A stretch of DNA of 64,000 nt, from NCBI RefSeq assembly GCF_044704955.1, contig NC_092010.1, positions 22,196,001 through 22,260,000 on the forward strand. Direction: 5' to 3'. Both the position numbers and the translations under genes were made by a program. Position 1 is the stretch's first letter, and each line of letters begins with the position of its first letter. The DNA comes from Pristiophorus japonicus. Its lineage: Eukaryota. Below the pieces are notes generated by a model, which did no database searches, was not told the DNA's origin, and was given only the letters and a program-made list of their open reading frames with translations. Shown here piece after piece: positions 52,671 to 64,000 of this stretch.

Positions 52671-53444
52671 TGGTACTATGTTAAAGGCGGGATATAAATG
52701 AAAGTTGTTGTTGTTGTTGAGATCCAACTCCAGCTCTGACAAGTCTTTCACGCTCGCAGTCGGAGGAGCTTTGACCTTTGCCCGAAAGTGGTATTGAGTT
52801 GGACAAGTGAAGGTTTGAGTGCGGTTGATTGGGTTTAAAGGTCACTGGTTTGGCAAGCTACTCATTGAGTTTTTTTATTTACAGGTTGTATAACTTGTCT
52901 TTTTATTGGGGAGCCTGGCAGGTCACGGTCCGGGCTGTGATGCCGGTTCTGTCTGTCTCTCAGCTGCTGAGACCAGGCGTCTTTGGCCTCCAGCCGTTCC
53001 GTTTAAAGCCCAGTAACCAGGCTTTTGCTCTTCCTTGGCTAACACTGAAGTACTTTGTACAGGGTGTACTGCATCTGGTGCGAGGCATGAGCATTCCTGC
53101 ACAGTAAACGTTTGAGTCGTGCAAAAACCCGACGTCTCTCGGGTTTCACTGCTCGGGGGCAGGAGAGGTTCTGCTTGTGTTCAAGGGTTGGCCACGAGGG
53201 TTTTCGTAAAGCGCAGTGGTGCGGGAATTTCTTCTGCACAGCTGCATTGTATGCATCTGTCCGCTTTGAGATTTTTGCCGTCGCTGAATGGTGGGTGTGT
53301 GAAATTTCTCTTTGACACTTTGAACTGCGGAGGGCGAAGAGAGCAGTATAATTATAGATTGCCCTTCCAAACCTTGGCTGTCTGAGAAAGCCTTTTGCCA
53401 TTAAGGTCATTTAGGTGTGAACAATTTCGGGGATGTTGCAATTG

Positions 53445-54345
53445 GTCTCCGAATGCTGTGATCAGTTCTGTTTGCCATATTCTAAAAAGGCTATAGACGC
53501 ACTGGAGAAAGTGCAAAAAAGATTTACGAGAATGATACCAGAGCTGAGCGGTTATACCCATCAGGAAAGATTGAACAGGCCGGGACTCTTTTCTCTGGAA
53601 AAAATGACTGAGATGACCTGATAGAGGTCATCAAGATTATGAAAAGCTTTGCTAGGATCGATGTAGAGAAGATGTTTTCACTTGCGGGCAAGACCAGAAC
53701 TAGGGGCAAATATAAGACAGACACCAATAAATCCAATAGGGAATTCAGGAGAAACTTAGAATGTGGAACTCACTACCACAGGGAGCAGTTGAGGCGACTA
53801 GCTATAGATGCATTTCATCATCATCATAGGCAGTCCCTCGAATGAGGGTGACTTGCTTCCACACCAAAGGGGATGAGTTCACAGATGTTTCAATGAAGGA
53901 TCCGATATTCCAGTCCTGAACTCCAGGGGTGGAAGATGCCTGTGTGTGGATTTTTTTAACGTGGGGTGGCCGTTGCACACCAGCCACCACACGGGCTTGA
54001 CAGAGCTAGGTCTTTATCCAGTGGCAAGGGTAAACCGGACGACTGGAGACCTGCTCTGTTGCATGGACCAAGTGCGCACACCTATCGCAGTGTGGGCTGG
54101 GCCCGTGCTGCCCCTGGGCCCTCGACTCTTCTGGGCTCCGTACCCTCATTCACCGCACCTCTGCCCACGATCTCTCCTCACTCCTCCGCCACGAAGCTGG
54201 ATAAACACGTGAGGGAGAAAGGAATAGAAGGTTATGTTGATGGGGTGAGATGAAGAGGGGTGGGAGGAGGCTCGTGTGGAGCATAAACACCGGCACGGAA
54301 CTGTTGGGCCGAATGGCCTGTTTCCGTGCTGTAAATACTTTGTAA
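53445..54345 (+). mobile_element. CR1 3' fragment interrupted at 53816-54192
   Basis: Encodes ALEKVQKRFTRMIP; resumes with GAAGCTGGATAAACAC. Confidence 0.85.
53816..54192 (-). mobile_element. Non-autonomous RTE-tailed element
   Basis: Homologous to 51829-52354. Confidence 0.78.
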
Positions 54346-55364
54346 TCCCTGAGCTATGGAAGGGAGGGAGAAAATATCAGCCAGAATTCCTGCTTCTGCT
54401 CACTATTTAGCGTGTATTTTTTTCATTTATTGGTGATCAAAATATTGGAGAGGGTGGGGAACTGAGGAGCAAGGCTGTGTGATTGACCAGTCAAGCATCA
54501 TCCAATTGGCTGAAGAAGAGTCGGTTCACTTTCCAATTGGCGTTTGAAGGCCGTGGGCTGCGAGGATGGATATGTAAGGTGGCCAATGGCAGGGGGGGGA
54601 AATGGGGCGGTTAGGAGTGGGAGGTCATGTGATAAAACCTCCAGGAATGTGACCAACCAGATTTGGCGACCCTGTTGTGGCTGTTGACTAGAGGTGGGCT
54701 GGAGCTTGACAGTGGGCCCCCGCATGGCCAACTCTCGCTGTCTAGGACATGTTGGTGCCTGGAGGACTGGGGGCACCTGTAAACCCACACCCCAGTGTTA
54801 CGAGGAGATGCGGGGAGTAGTGTGTGTGAGTGTGTAGAAAAAAACATTTGTGCGTGCAGTTTTACTTCTCTCACTATCTCTCGACTGACTCCAAAGAGCT
54901 CTGAATAAATCTCGCACCCCTCTGATTGCAGCAGGGTGTCAGCTGTTTCTATCTGACTACACCGAGCCAACACTGTTGCCGTGGCAACTGCTTAGTAGGC
55001 TGTTGTCAGCTGTCGCCATAATTGTGCTTTCTAGCCCAACCCTTTTCTGTGAGAACTCAACAGCGCCTGTAGCAACTCTTTTGCAAACCCGAGCTTGCTC
55101 TGAAAAGGAATTTTTCTGAAGGGCATTTTCTGTTTTGTTTTGTTCTGTTTCTGGTCAAGAGTGAATAAAGCGAGGCTTTGTCTGATCGCCAAGCGTGTGT
55201 TTTTATTTTGCGCTGTGTCGGTGTCTGATTTGTTTTGCGCATGTCGCTACAAATACTCCCGCAGAGACTTCTCATCAAAGGGTGAAGCTTCATGCCACAA
55301 GGTGTGGCCCCGAACCCGTGGCATTGGAACCGGGAAGGGGTCGTCAACGTCGGAACAGAAATTT

Positions 55365-55770
55365 CAATTTCAAAATTCTCATCCTTGTGTTTAAATCCCT
55401 CCATGGCCCTCGCCCCTCCCTATCTCTGTAATCTCCTCCAGCCCCACAACCCCCCCGAGTTGTCTGCACTCCTCCAATTCTGCCCTCTTGAGTATCCCTG
55501 ATTATAATCGCTCAACCATCGGTGGCCGTACCTTCTGTTGCCTGGGCCCCAAGCTCTGGAACTCCCTGCCTAAACCTCTCCACCTCTCTTTCCTCCTTCA
55601 AGACGCTCCTTAAAACCTACTTCTCTGATCAAGCTTTTGGTCACCTGCCCTAATTTCTTCTTGTGTGGCTCGGTGTCAAATTTATTTGTTTTGTCTTATA
55701 ACACTGCTGTGAAGCACCTTGGGATGTTTTACTACGTTAATGGTGCTATATAAATACCAGTTGTTGTTGT
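55365..55770 (+). mobile_element. L2 3' fragment
   Basis: Encodes FKILILVFKSLHG; (TTG)n tail. Confidence 0.88.
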
Positions 55771-56417
55771 AGAACTGGCCAACCAGCCCCTCGAGCCTAT
55801 TCTGTCATTCAATTGATCATGGCTGGTTTGTATCTTGACTCTCATCTACCCGCCTATGGCAAATCATTGGGGTGTTTTGTTAAAAGAAAAATAGTGTGTT
55901 TTTTCCATTTTCTCTTAACTTTTTCATTCTAAAATTATTGGAGATGGGGACGGTGTAGGGAAAGGCCGTTTAACCGGGTGTTGATTCTGCAATAGCATTT
56001 CTTCCTAAACTTCACACAAACTGGGGAGGGTTGCATTTTCCTGCAGTATGCATTCCTCCGTCCGCCCCCAAACCAATTTTCTTCCCTTCTCTTTTGAAGG
56101 TGATGATGACCTTTCAGTTCCACAGGCAGACCAGGCACCTTCCAGTTCCTCACTCAAGTCGCCTACGTTTATGTGTGACCCTTGACCTCGAGTGTCTGTG
56201 CACTCTTTGGCCAAGCCTGATCCGGTTCACTTCTGAGTTTGATGCACAGACAATTCCAACAGAGCGTCTCTGGCTACCAATTGGGAGCAGGAGCCCTGCT
56301 AATCTCCCTCCGCCATACAACCTACGAACACGGAGGCCAATTCTCGTGTCCTCCACTTCACTCGTGGCTGAATTTGCCAGATGTACCCCAGACCGGGATC
56401 ACTTCATGCTCAACTTA

Positions 56418-56879
56418 GTCAGCCATGGCTCAGTGGGTAGCACATTTGTCTGAGTCAGAAGGTTGTGGGTTCACGTCCCACTCCAGGGACTTGAGCACAT
56501 AAATCTAGGCTGACACTTCAGTGCAGTGCTGAGCGAGTGCTGCACTGTCGGAGGTGCCGTCTTTTGGTTGAAACGTTAAACCGTGGCCCCATCTGCTCTC
56601 TCGGGTGGATTATAAAAGATCCTACGGCACTATTTCGAAGAAGAGCAGGGGAGTTCTCCCCAGTCTCCTGACCAATATTTATCCCTCAATCAACATAACA
56701 AAAAACAGATTATCTGGTCATTATCACATTGCTGTGTGTGGGAGCTTGCTGTGCGCAAATTGGCTGCTCCGTTTCCCACATTAAAACAGCGACGACACTC
56801 CAAAAAGTACTTCATTTGATGTAAAGTGCTTTGAGATGTCCGGTGGTCGTGAACGGCGCTATATAAATCCAAGTCTTTC
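56418..56879 (+). mobile_element. Deu-domain SINE, full length
   Basis: tRNA head, Deu core and tail. Confidence 0.9.
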
Positions 56880-57315
56880 AATATCAAGCTGCGTGTGCCT
56901 TCACCCACTGAGCCAGCACAGGAACTGGGACAGAATTTTGGATAACTTTACAATGAAATGTTTATAAAAAAAAAAAAACCACTTGCATATTCTGTGCCAG
57001 TCTTGTTTTTCAATGTTTGGCCCGTGGCAATATTCTTGACGGGTACCTGTTTTCCGGGTGTGTCTGACGCCCACTTGTACCAGCACCCTGTTTGTTTCCT
57101 GGTGAAGCCGAGCGCCAGGGTTTGGGGCGTGACTGATCAGGAGCGGTTAAAATTAGCTTCGGGTGACTCACTTTTGTCCTCCTTCAAATATTTTCTTGAG
57201 CAGGCTTCAATTATTTGCCTTTTACACCAGGCCCGGTGTGTAACTAAGCCACGCAAACCAGGGAGGCCCCGTCTCTTGCTCCTGTTCTGTGCCTGATCTC
57301 AGCAATTGGCGGGTA

Positions 57316-57577
57316 AAGAAAGACAGACTTGCATTTATATAGCGCCTTTCACGACCACCGAACGTCCCAAAGCGCTTTACAGCCAATGAAGTACTTTTTG
57401 GAGTGTAGTCACTGTTGTAATGTAGGAAATGCAGCAGCCATTTTGCGCACAGCAAGCTCCCACAAACAGCAATGTGATAATAACCAGATAATCTCTCTCT
57501 TGTTAAGTTGATTGAGGGATAAATATTGGACAGGACACCGGGGAGAACTCCTCTGCTCGTCTTCGAAAATAGTGCCA
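57316..57577 (-). mobile_element. Deu-domain SINE, 3' half
   Basis: Family match. Confidence 0.85.
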
Positions 57578-58214
57578 ATAGAATCTGCTCGCAGGAGTGT
57601 TCAGCATTGTTTGAGTTGCCGAGATGTGTTTCAACAGGATTGTGCTGTAGGTGCAAACACGTGAGGTGAATGCTCGTTGTCTGCCGGTGATCACATTCCT
57701 GGAATAGTCCTAATTACTTCAGCATGCGCTCTAGTTTAAATTTTGACGGTGGCTGACTAAGCTCCCGTGGCATTGCTCTCCGATAGTCTGGGAACTGGAG
57801 CACAGTTGTGGCATTTAGCTGCTTGTCTGGCCTGTCCCTTTAAGGCCGCTGCTCGGGTACTGCTTGCAGGGGGAATTGGTTTTTAGTGGGCCCCAAGGTC
57901 AATTCTTGCACGATTCTCTAGACTGGTTCCTCTTGTATCACAAGCTCTCCGGGTTAGAACAACGGGAAATGGCTTCTTATCTCTCTTTTTCTCAAGATGG
58001 TGTAATGTGATCCGAGTGTGTAATTTGATCTGAAGCCAGTGCCGGCGACTAATGCGGGACTCCAGAAGAGCGAGCAGCTCGAGTGGCCGTTGTTCACTGC
58101 GAACCTGGATTGCCAGCAAGCTATTCAACCATGATGAGCTCGATGACCAACCGCATTGGTCAGTGAATCGCTGTCGGGCAGGTTGTTTTTTGTATCTTCC
58201 CACTCTTCATAAAG

Positions 58215-58652
58215 AGAGAATGACTTACATTTCAATAGCGCCTTTCACAAGCACCGGACTTCAGTGCTTTACAGCCAATGAAGTACTTTTGAAGTGTAGT
58301 CGCTGTTGTAATGTGGGAAACGCAGCAGCCAATTTGCGCACAGCAAGCTCCCACAAACAGCAATGTGATAATGACCAGATCATCTGTTTTAGTGATGTCG
58401 ATTGAGGGATAAATATTGGCCCCAGGACACTGGGGTGAACTCCCCTGCTCTTCTTCAAAATAGTGCCATGGGATCGTTTACATCCACCCGAGGGGGCAGA
58501 CAGGGCCTCAGTTGAACGGCTCATCTGAATGACGGCACCTCTGACAGTGCAGCACTCCCTCAGCACTGCACTGGGAGTCTCTGGAGTGGGACTTGAACCC
58601 ACAACCTTCTGACTCAAGAGGCGAGTGTGCTACCAACTGAGCCACAGCTGAC
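58215..58652 (-). mobile_element. Deu-domain SINE
   Basis: Family match. Confidence 0.88.
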
Positions 58653-58874
58653 ACGAGTCGGCTGACACGAGTCTGCCAACACTTGCTGGCTGGGCCAGGG
58701 TGGCAGAAGGCTGCTGATGAGCTAGAACCCAGTGAAGGGTTACTGCCATCAGGAGTGGATTTGGGAGGAAGGAATATTAAAGGTTTGGAGTTTTAATGTT
58801 TGTTGCATGTGACTGTTGAGGAAGTAATCGTCACAGAGCTCTAATGGGATTCGTTGGCACTATAGATAAGTGAT

Positions 58875-59415
58875 GAGCATTGTGTCCAATTCTGGGCACC
58901 GCACTTTAGGAAGGATGTGAAGGCCTTGGAGAGGATGCAGAAAAGATTTACGAGAATGGTTCCAGGGATGAGGGACTTCAGTTACGTGGATAGACTGGAG
59001 AAGCTAGGGTTGTTCTCCTTAGAGCAGAGAAGTTTGAGAGGAGATTTGATCGAGGTGTTCAAAATCATGAGGCGTCTGGACAGAGTAGATAGAGAGAAAC
59101 TGTTCCCATTGGTGGAAGGGTCAAGAACCAGAGGACACAGATTTAAGGCGATTGGCAGAAGAACCAAAGGCGACATGAGGAAAAACTTTTTTACGCAGCG
59201 AGTGGTTCGGATCTGGAATGCACGGCCTGAGAGGGTGGTGGAGGCAGACTCAATCGTGGCTTTCAAAAGGGAGTTGGATAAATACCTGAAGGAAAAAAAA
59301 CTGCAGGGCTACGGGGAAAAGGCGGGGGAGTGGGACTGGTTGAAGTGCTCTTGCAGAGCCGGCACGGGCTCGACGGGCCGAATGGCCGCCTTCTGTGCTG
59401 TAACCATTCTATGAT
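58875..59415 (+). mobile_element. CR1 3' fragment
   Basis: Open ORF2 C-terminus (ALERMQKRFTRMVPG...FFTQRVVRIWNA); ATTCTATGAT tail. Confidence 0.93.
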
Positions 59416-60551
59416 CCTCTGATGTCTTTGAATATAGTGCAGTGTGCTGATAAGTCAATCTGAAGATGTCCCTTTATGTAGCACCATCTTGTGTCTCAAA
59501 GCACATCCCGTGCATTCGATAAACTTTGAGGTCCAAAAACCTCAAAGTGGGCAAATGTGGCAGCCATTTTGTGAAGGGCAGCATTCCGCAACCGACGACA
59601 AGATGGATGCCAGCAATGTTGGCTACGACTCTGGTCAACACCTGGGGCCTTGGCTGAACCTCCCATCCGTCCGAAGGATGCACTTGTGGAAATGCAGCAC
59701 TCCTGCAGCATCCGACTGGAGTCTTGGGCTTGGGTTACATACTCACTCAAAGTTGCGGAGTCGGGATTGAGCCCACAACTATCTGGCTGTGGGGTGCGAG
59801 TGCTTCCAAGTGAGCCACAGCTCGTCCTACTCGGAATTGCACGTTGCCCGTGACCACCTCGTCCCAAATGGTCTGTTTTTATTCGGTCTTTTTTGAGTGG
59901 CTAACAAAGAGCGTTGATGCAGCGAGCCTGTGTGACGCTGAAGCAGAGTTGCTAAAGCACTTTGCACAATGTGGAACCTCTAATTATAAACCTCTTAACT
60001 GCTAAGCTGCACTCTGCCACATGCTGCGCTTCTAAGCGCATAAATAGTGCATAGTTTATGGATTTTGTGTGCATTTTTGCCAGGGAATGGAATATTTTCT
60101 CACTTGTCACACGGAGTGTTGGTACCAAGTACTCGGTCAATCAACCATCCAGAGCGAGACTCTCCACTCTTACTGCTGCAACGTATCAGAAGATTATCCT
60201 CTCAATGTTTTCACTGTTCTTTTTCCCTCTGCACCCTTGACGGCATTTGATATTCTAGTTACACTGTCCATTGGATTGGCTCCAAGATCCATTATCTCAT
60301 TGCTGTTGTAATTAGTACAAATAACAGCCAACAAACCCCAGGTTGGGTGATGATCAATATAATGAGCAGAAACATCCTAACCAACAATCGCAAAATCAAT
60401 GTGATTCTGGAGTCACAAGCAAGATTCCTCTCTACTGAACAGCCAGTAGCTTTAAGCTCTGAACAATGTCCACTAAGACTGGGTTGAGACAGTCTGACCT
60501 AATTTCTACATAAGACCTTTATAACTATAAGCATGATGGGCTGGCCTTGGT

Positions 60552-60930
60552 GAAAGAAAGAAAGACTTGCATTTATACAGCGCCTTTCACGACCCAAAGC
60601 GCTTTACGGCCAATGCAGTGCTTTTTGGAGTGTAGTCACTGTTGCAATGTGGGAAACGCAGCAGCCAATTTGCGCACAGCAAGCTCCCACAAACAGCAAT
60701 GTGATAATGACCAGACAATCTGTTTTTGTTATGTTGATTGAGGGATAAGTATTGGCCAGGACGCCGGGGATAACTCCCCTGCTCTTCGAAATAGTGCCAT
60801 GGGATCTTTCACATCCACCTGAGAGGGCAGACGGGGCCTCGATTTAACGTCTCATCCGAAAGACGGCGCCTCCGACAGTGCAGTACGCCCTCAGCACTGC
60901 ACTGGAGAGTCGGCCTAGATTTTTGTGCTC
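60552..60930 (-). mobile_element. Deu-domain SINE
   Basis: Family match. Confidence 0.87.
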
Positions 60931-61132
60931 CGGTTCCTTCAACAGAGAGAACGGCAGGGTCTTAACCTGCTCCACACACACAGTCAATAACTCGCAGATT
61001 AATGGGATCTTATTCATATTCCTTGCTGATGAGATTTTGGCAACTGGCTCCCCAATGTTTATACTGTTAATCAAGTTCCCAGAGAATGACGGCAGACTTT
61101 TCGACCTCGGTGAAATGACAAACTGAATTTAC

Positions 61133-61523
61133 CAGCCATGGCTCACCTCTGAGTCAGAAGGTTGTGGGTTCAAGTCCCACTCCAGAGACTTCAGCACATA
61201 ATTTCGGTTGCACTACTTGGGGAGTGCTGCACTGTCGGAGGTATCGTCTTTCAGATGAGGTTTTAAACCGATGTCCTGTCTGCCCTCTCTGGTGGACGTA
61301 AAAGATCCCACAGCACTACTCGAAGCATTGGTCTCTTGGCCAATATCTATCCCTGAACCAACAACGCTCAAACAGATTGATTAGTTGCCTGTTTGTGGGA
61401 GCTTGCTGTGCGCAGATTGGTTGCCACGTTTCCTGCATTACAACAGTGACTACACTTCAAAAGTAATTAAATGGCTGTAAAGGGCTTTGAGATGTCCTGA
61501 GGGCATGCAAAGAGCTATATAAA
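61133..61523 (+). mobile_element. Deu-domain SINE, followed by an inverted tail fragment (61530-61620)
   Basis: Family match. Confidence 0.82.
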
Positions 61524-61898
61524 CACCAAAAAGAAAGACTTGCATTTATATAGCGTCTTTCACGACCACCGGACGTCCCAAAGTGCTTACAGCCAATGAA
61601 GCACTTTTGAAGTGTAGTCAGTGTCGTGATGTCTTTCTTTACCAGTAGCTGGCTGATGGACGCTGGACTCCCAGAATCCAAATTGACGGAAGCCGATAAC
61701 TGATCTCAAACTTGCAGTTTAAAAAAAAATACAGGAATGAGCCCTTGTCTGCTCTGAGGCAGCTTACCAGCGCAATGGTCTAGCTAACGCAAGGAGCCTC
61801 TCTGGCTTTGGGCTAGGGAGCGGGTGGGGCTGAAATCAGCTCGTGTTCCCACTCCCAATCCCTATCCCATGAGGCCTGCTGAAAAAATGCAGAGCTTG

Positions 61899-62379
61899 GG
61901 GGTCGAAATTCGGTACCGCCAATTTTGAGGCGGTGATTTTACCGCCGGGCGATAATTACTACCTCTAAGATTGCAAAATTCAAAAATTTCAGTGACCCAC
62001 ACCCACATTTTCCCACTGTTGTCATTAAATAAATCTAAGCTTAAAAAAAAAAAAATTTAACTTAACAACTTACGTTGCTCACCGGACGCTACTGCCCCGA
62101 GATCCCCGATGTACCGACATCTCTTCCAGTCAGGAACAGCGCCTGCCGGTAAAGCGGGCGATCTAACTGAAGTTTGCCGCTGCGGCGCTCGATGACGTCA
62201 CCACGTGGGTGGTGGTAGAGGCGCAGCAGTACCTCTTGGCACCGCCCCTCAACGTCCAGCTAAAGTTTTCAGGTGGCGAGGACACCGCTGCACTGTGTCG
62301 GTAAGTCCTTAGCTGCCCGATAGTCGCCCCCCTCCGGCGCTAATGGTGGGCGTAAAAAAAAAAAAAGAATTTCGACCCC
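61899..62379. mobile_element. MITE with perfect 13-bp TIRs, Harbinger-type
   Basis: GGGGTCGAAATTC (61899-61911) / GAATTTCGACCCC (62367-62379); TSD unclear. Confidence 0.78.
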
Positions 62380-62634
62380 TAATGTCCTCTGGAAGAGCAC
62401 TTGGGTTCACAGGATGTTACACAGTACAACATCAGAAGAAATTGGGTGAAAACCGAATTGTGCTTGGCCCGTGATGGACCTCCGTGCTGGAATAGTTTGT
62501 TGCTGCACACTGCCTGGCTTTTTGGGAGCAAGGTATCATACATTGGAACTATACTCCAGCGATTGGTTGGTGCCTTCGCGAGAGAGAAAGAGAGGGAGGG
62601 AGGAGGAAAAAAAAACAGATGATTGAAGTTTCAA

Positions 62635-62880
62635 ACTGGAGTTTAGACGAGTAAGAGCCGATCTCCTTGACACATATAAGATTTTGAGGGGGATTGACCG
62701 GGTAGATGCCGAGTGGCCAGGGGTCACAGTCTCATAAGGGGTCGGCCATTTAGGACTGAGATGAGGAGGAATTTCTTCACTCAGAGGGTGGTGAATCTTT
62801 AGAATTCCCTATGATCTTATTAAATGGCAGAGCAGGCTAGAGGGGCCGAATATCTTACCCTTGTTCCTATTTCTTATGAT
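62635..62880 (+). mobile_element. CR1 3' fragment with deletions
   Basis: GGGGTCACAGTCTCA...TTCTTCACTCAGAGGGTGGTGAATC; TTCTTATG tail. Confidence 0.8.
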
Positions 62881-63294
62881 TGAGACATGTGTTAACTCAA
62901 AATAGTTGGAGGTCTTGGGGCACTCAAATATTTGTTGCGTGTTTTATTAATCTGACCAGCAGCGCTGTCTGAAGGTCTATTTTTAGCATGATGATTTTGG
63001 AGGAAAAGTCGCACTGAAGCCGATTGACTTCAATGTTGTTTGATGATAATTCATCCCTCTATTGCCCACTGCTCTATATTGTATGCCTCAGGATGCTCTC
63101 TTCAGACCCATACGGATAGAACCTGTGACACCACGAACATTATTCCTTATCGTATCCCTCAAAGCACTTTACGCAGAATAAGTTCATTTTGAAATGCAGT
63201 CACTTCACCGCGGCAGCCATTTTGCAAACAGCACGGTCCCACAAGAAGAAAGGAATGAATGAATAACTTATTTTTTATGCTTGTTGTCGGAGGG

Positions 63295-64000
63295 TGTAAT
63301 GTATGCACCTGTGAGGATGCTCACCGGTTTGCAGCCCCTCTTCCACTATTTGAAGGGGCTGCTCCTCAAATTCTGGTTGCACTTCAGTCCCACGCTCCTG
63401 ATCTTTGGGCACCCTGTGCGGAGGAGAGCGGGTAGGTCCGAGGGCCTCCTCGTAGGACTGCTCCTGGGCACGGCCAAGGGGCCATCATCCGGTCCCGGCA
63501 GCGGCCGGTCGAGGGGGTCGTTCAGCCCGACTGCCTGCCTCTCTTCCGCGGTTACATCCGAGCCAGGGTGTCCTTGGAGATGGAGCACGCAGTGTCCACC
63601 GGTATGCTTGCGGCCTTCCGTGGGAGGTGGGCACCGGAGGGATTGGAGTGCATCATCACCCCCGGCAACCAAATTTTTATTTACCGTTTAAAGTTTCATC
63701 CAAAAGTTTTATTAATTTGTTGGTTCTCGTGCCCCATTTAATAAGGAGGCACTTGATTTAAAAGTTTTACACAAAATAGTTGTAGAGCTGTTGCATTGGG
63801 AGTGGCTTAGCCAATCACGTGATATTCACAAGACTCAATAAAACCCCAGCCAGTTGGGTTCGGGGGATCCGCGATGAGGCAAGTGGTTGTGAGCCCGGTG
63901 GATGAATTGGTAATGTGTCATGTGATTGTTAAACCTTTGCTAATAAACCAACGAGTTCTTAATAGCAATGTGTTGCTATGGATTCTTAAGCAAAGAACCC
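63295..64000 (+). mobile_element. Putative LTR-like element running off the window end
   Basis: TGTAATG start interrupts a degenerate SINE; CCAAT, TATA-like CAATAAAA and AATAAA in LTR-like order. Confidence 0.4.
63320..63720 (+). mobile_element. Tx1/L1-clade LINE ORF2 3' fragment
   Basis: Encodes LQPLFHYLKGLLLKFWLHFSPTLLIFGHPV...LLVGLLLGTAK, which resembles Tx1 ORF2 C-termini. Confidence 0.7.

Larger units (their letters stand above)
51400..52720 (+). mobile_element. L2 3' fragment with nested SINE and RTE-derivative insertions
   Basis: L2 body 51400-51797; its tail resumes near 52673. Confidence 0.75.

Noticed and set aside
57883-58203. 106-aa minus-strand ORF in unique DNA
   Set aside because: No recognisable motif, a non-ATG start and no clear splice signals

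Overview
Repeat-dominated vertebrate genomic DNA. The repeat repertoire (CR1 and L2 LINEs, Deu-domain tRNA SINEs, Penelope-type ends, RTE, Tx1) suggests a cartilaginous fish; this is an inference. From left to right: (1) a 5'-truncated, inactivated CR1 LINE inserted into a ~12-kb 20-bp satellite with higher-order structure; (2) an assembly gap; (3) a nested stack in which a complete but degenerate Mag-clade Gypsy LTR retrotransposon sits inside a Harbinger DNA transposon, which sits in a CR1 fragment; (4) a long pyrimidine tract followed by the probable first coding exon of a host gene encoding a signal peptide (28898-28958), overlapped by an upstream ORF; (5) ~35 kb that looks like that gene's first intron, full of SINE/LINE/MITE fragments and a few candidate regulatory motifs. 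I found no convincing novel protein-coding system. The best leads are minimal hammerhead-ribozyme motifs in Penelope-type repeats, an LTR-like element carrying a Tx1 fragment, bipartite RTE derivatives, a CTCF-like motif in the Mag LTRs and the uORF-overlapped exon. Boundaries of short degenerate fragments are approximate (about +/-20 bp).
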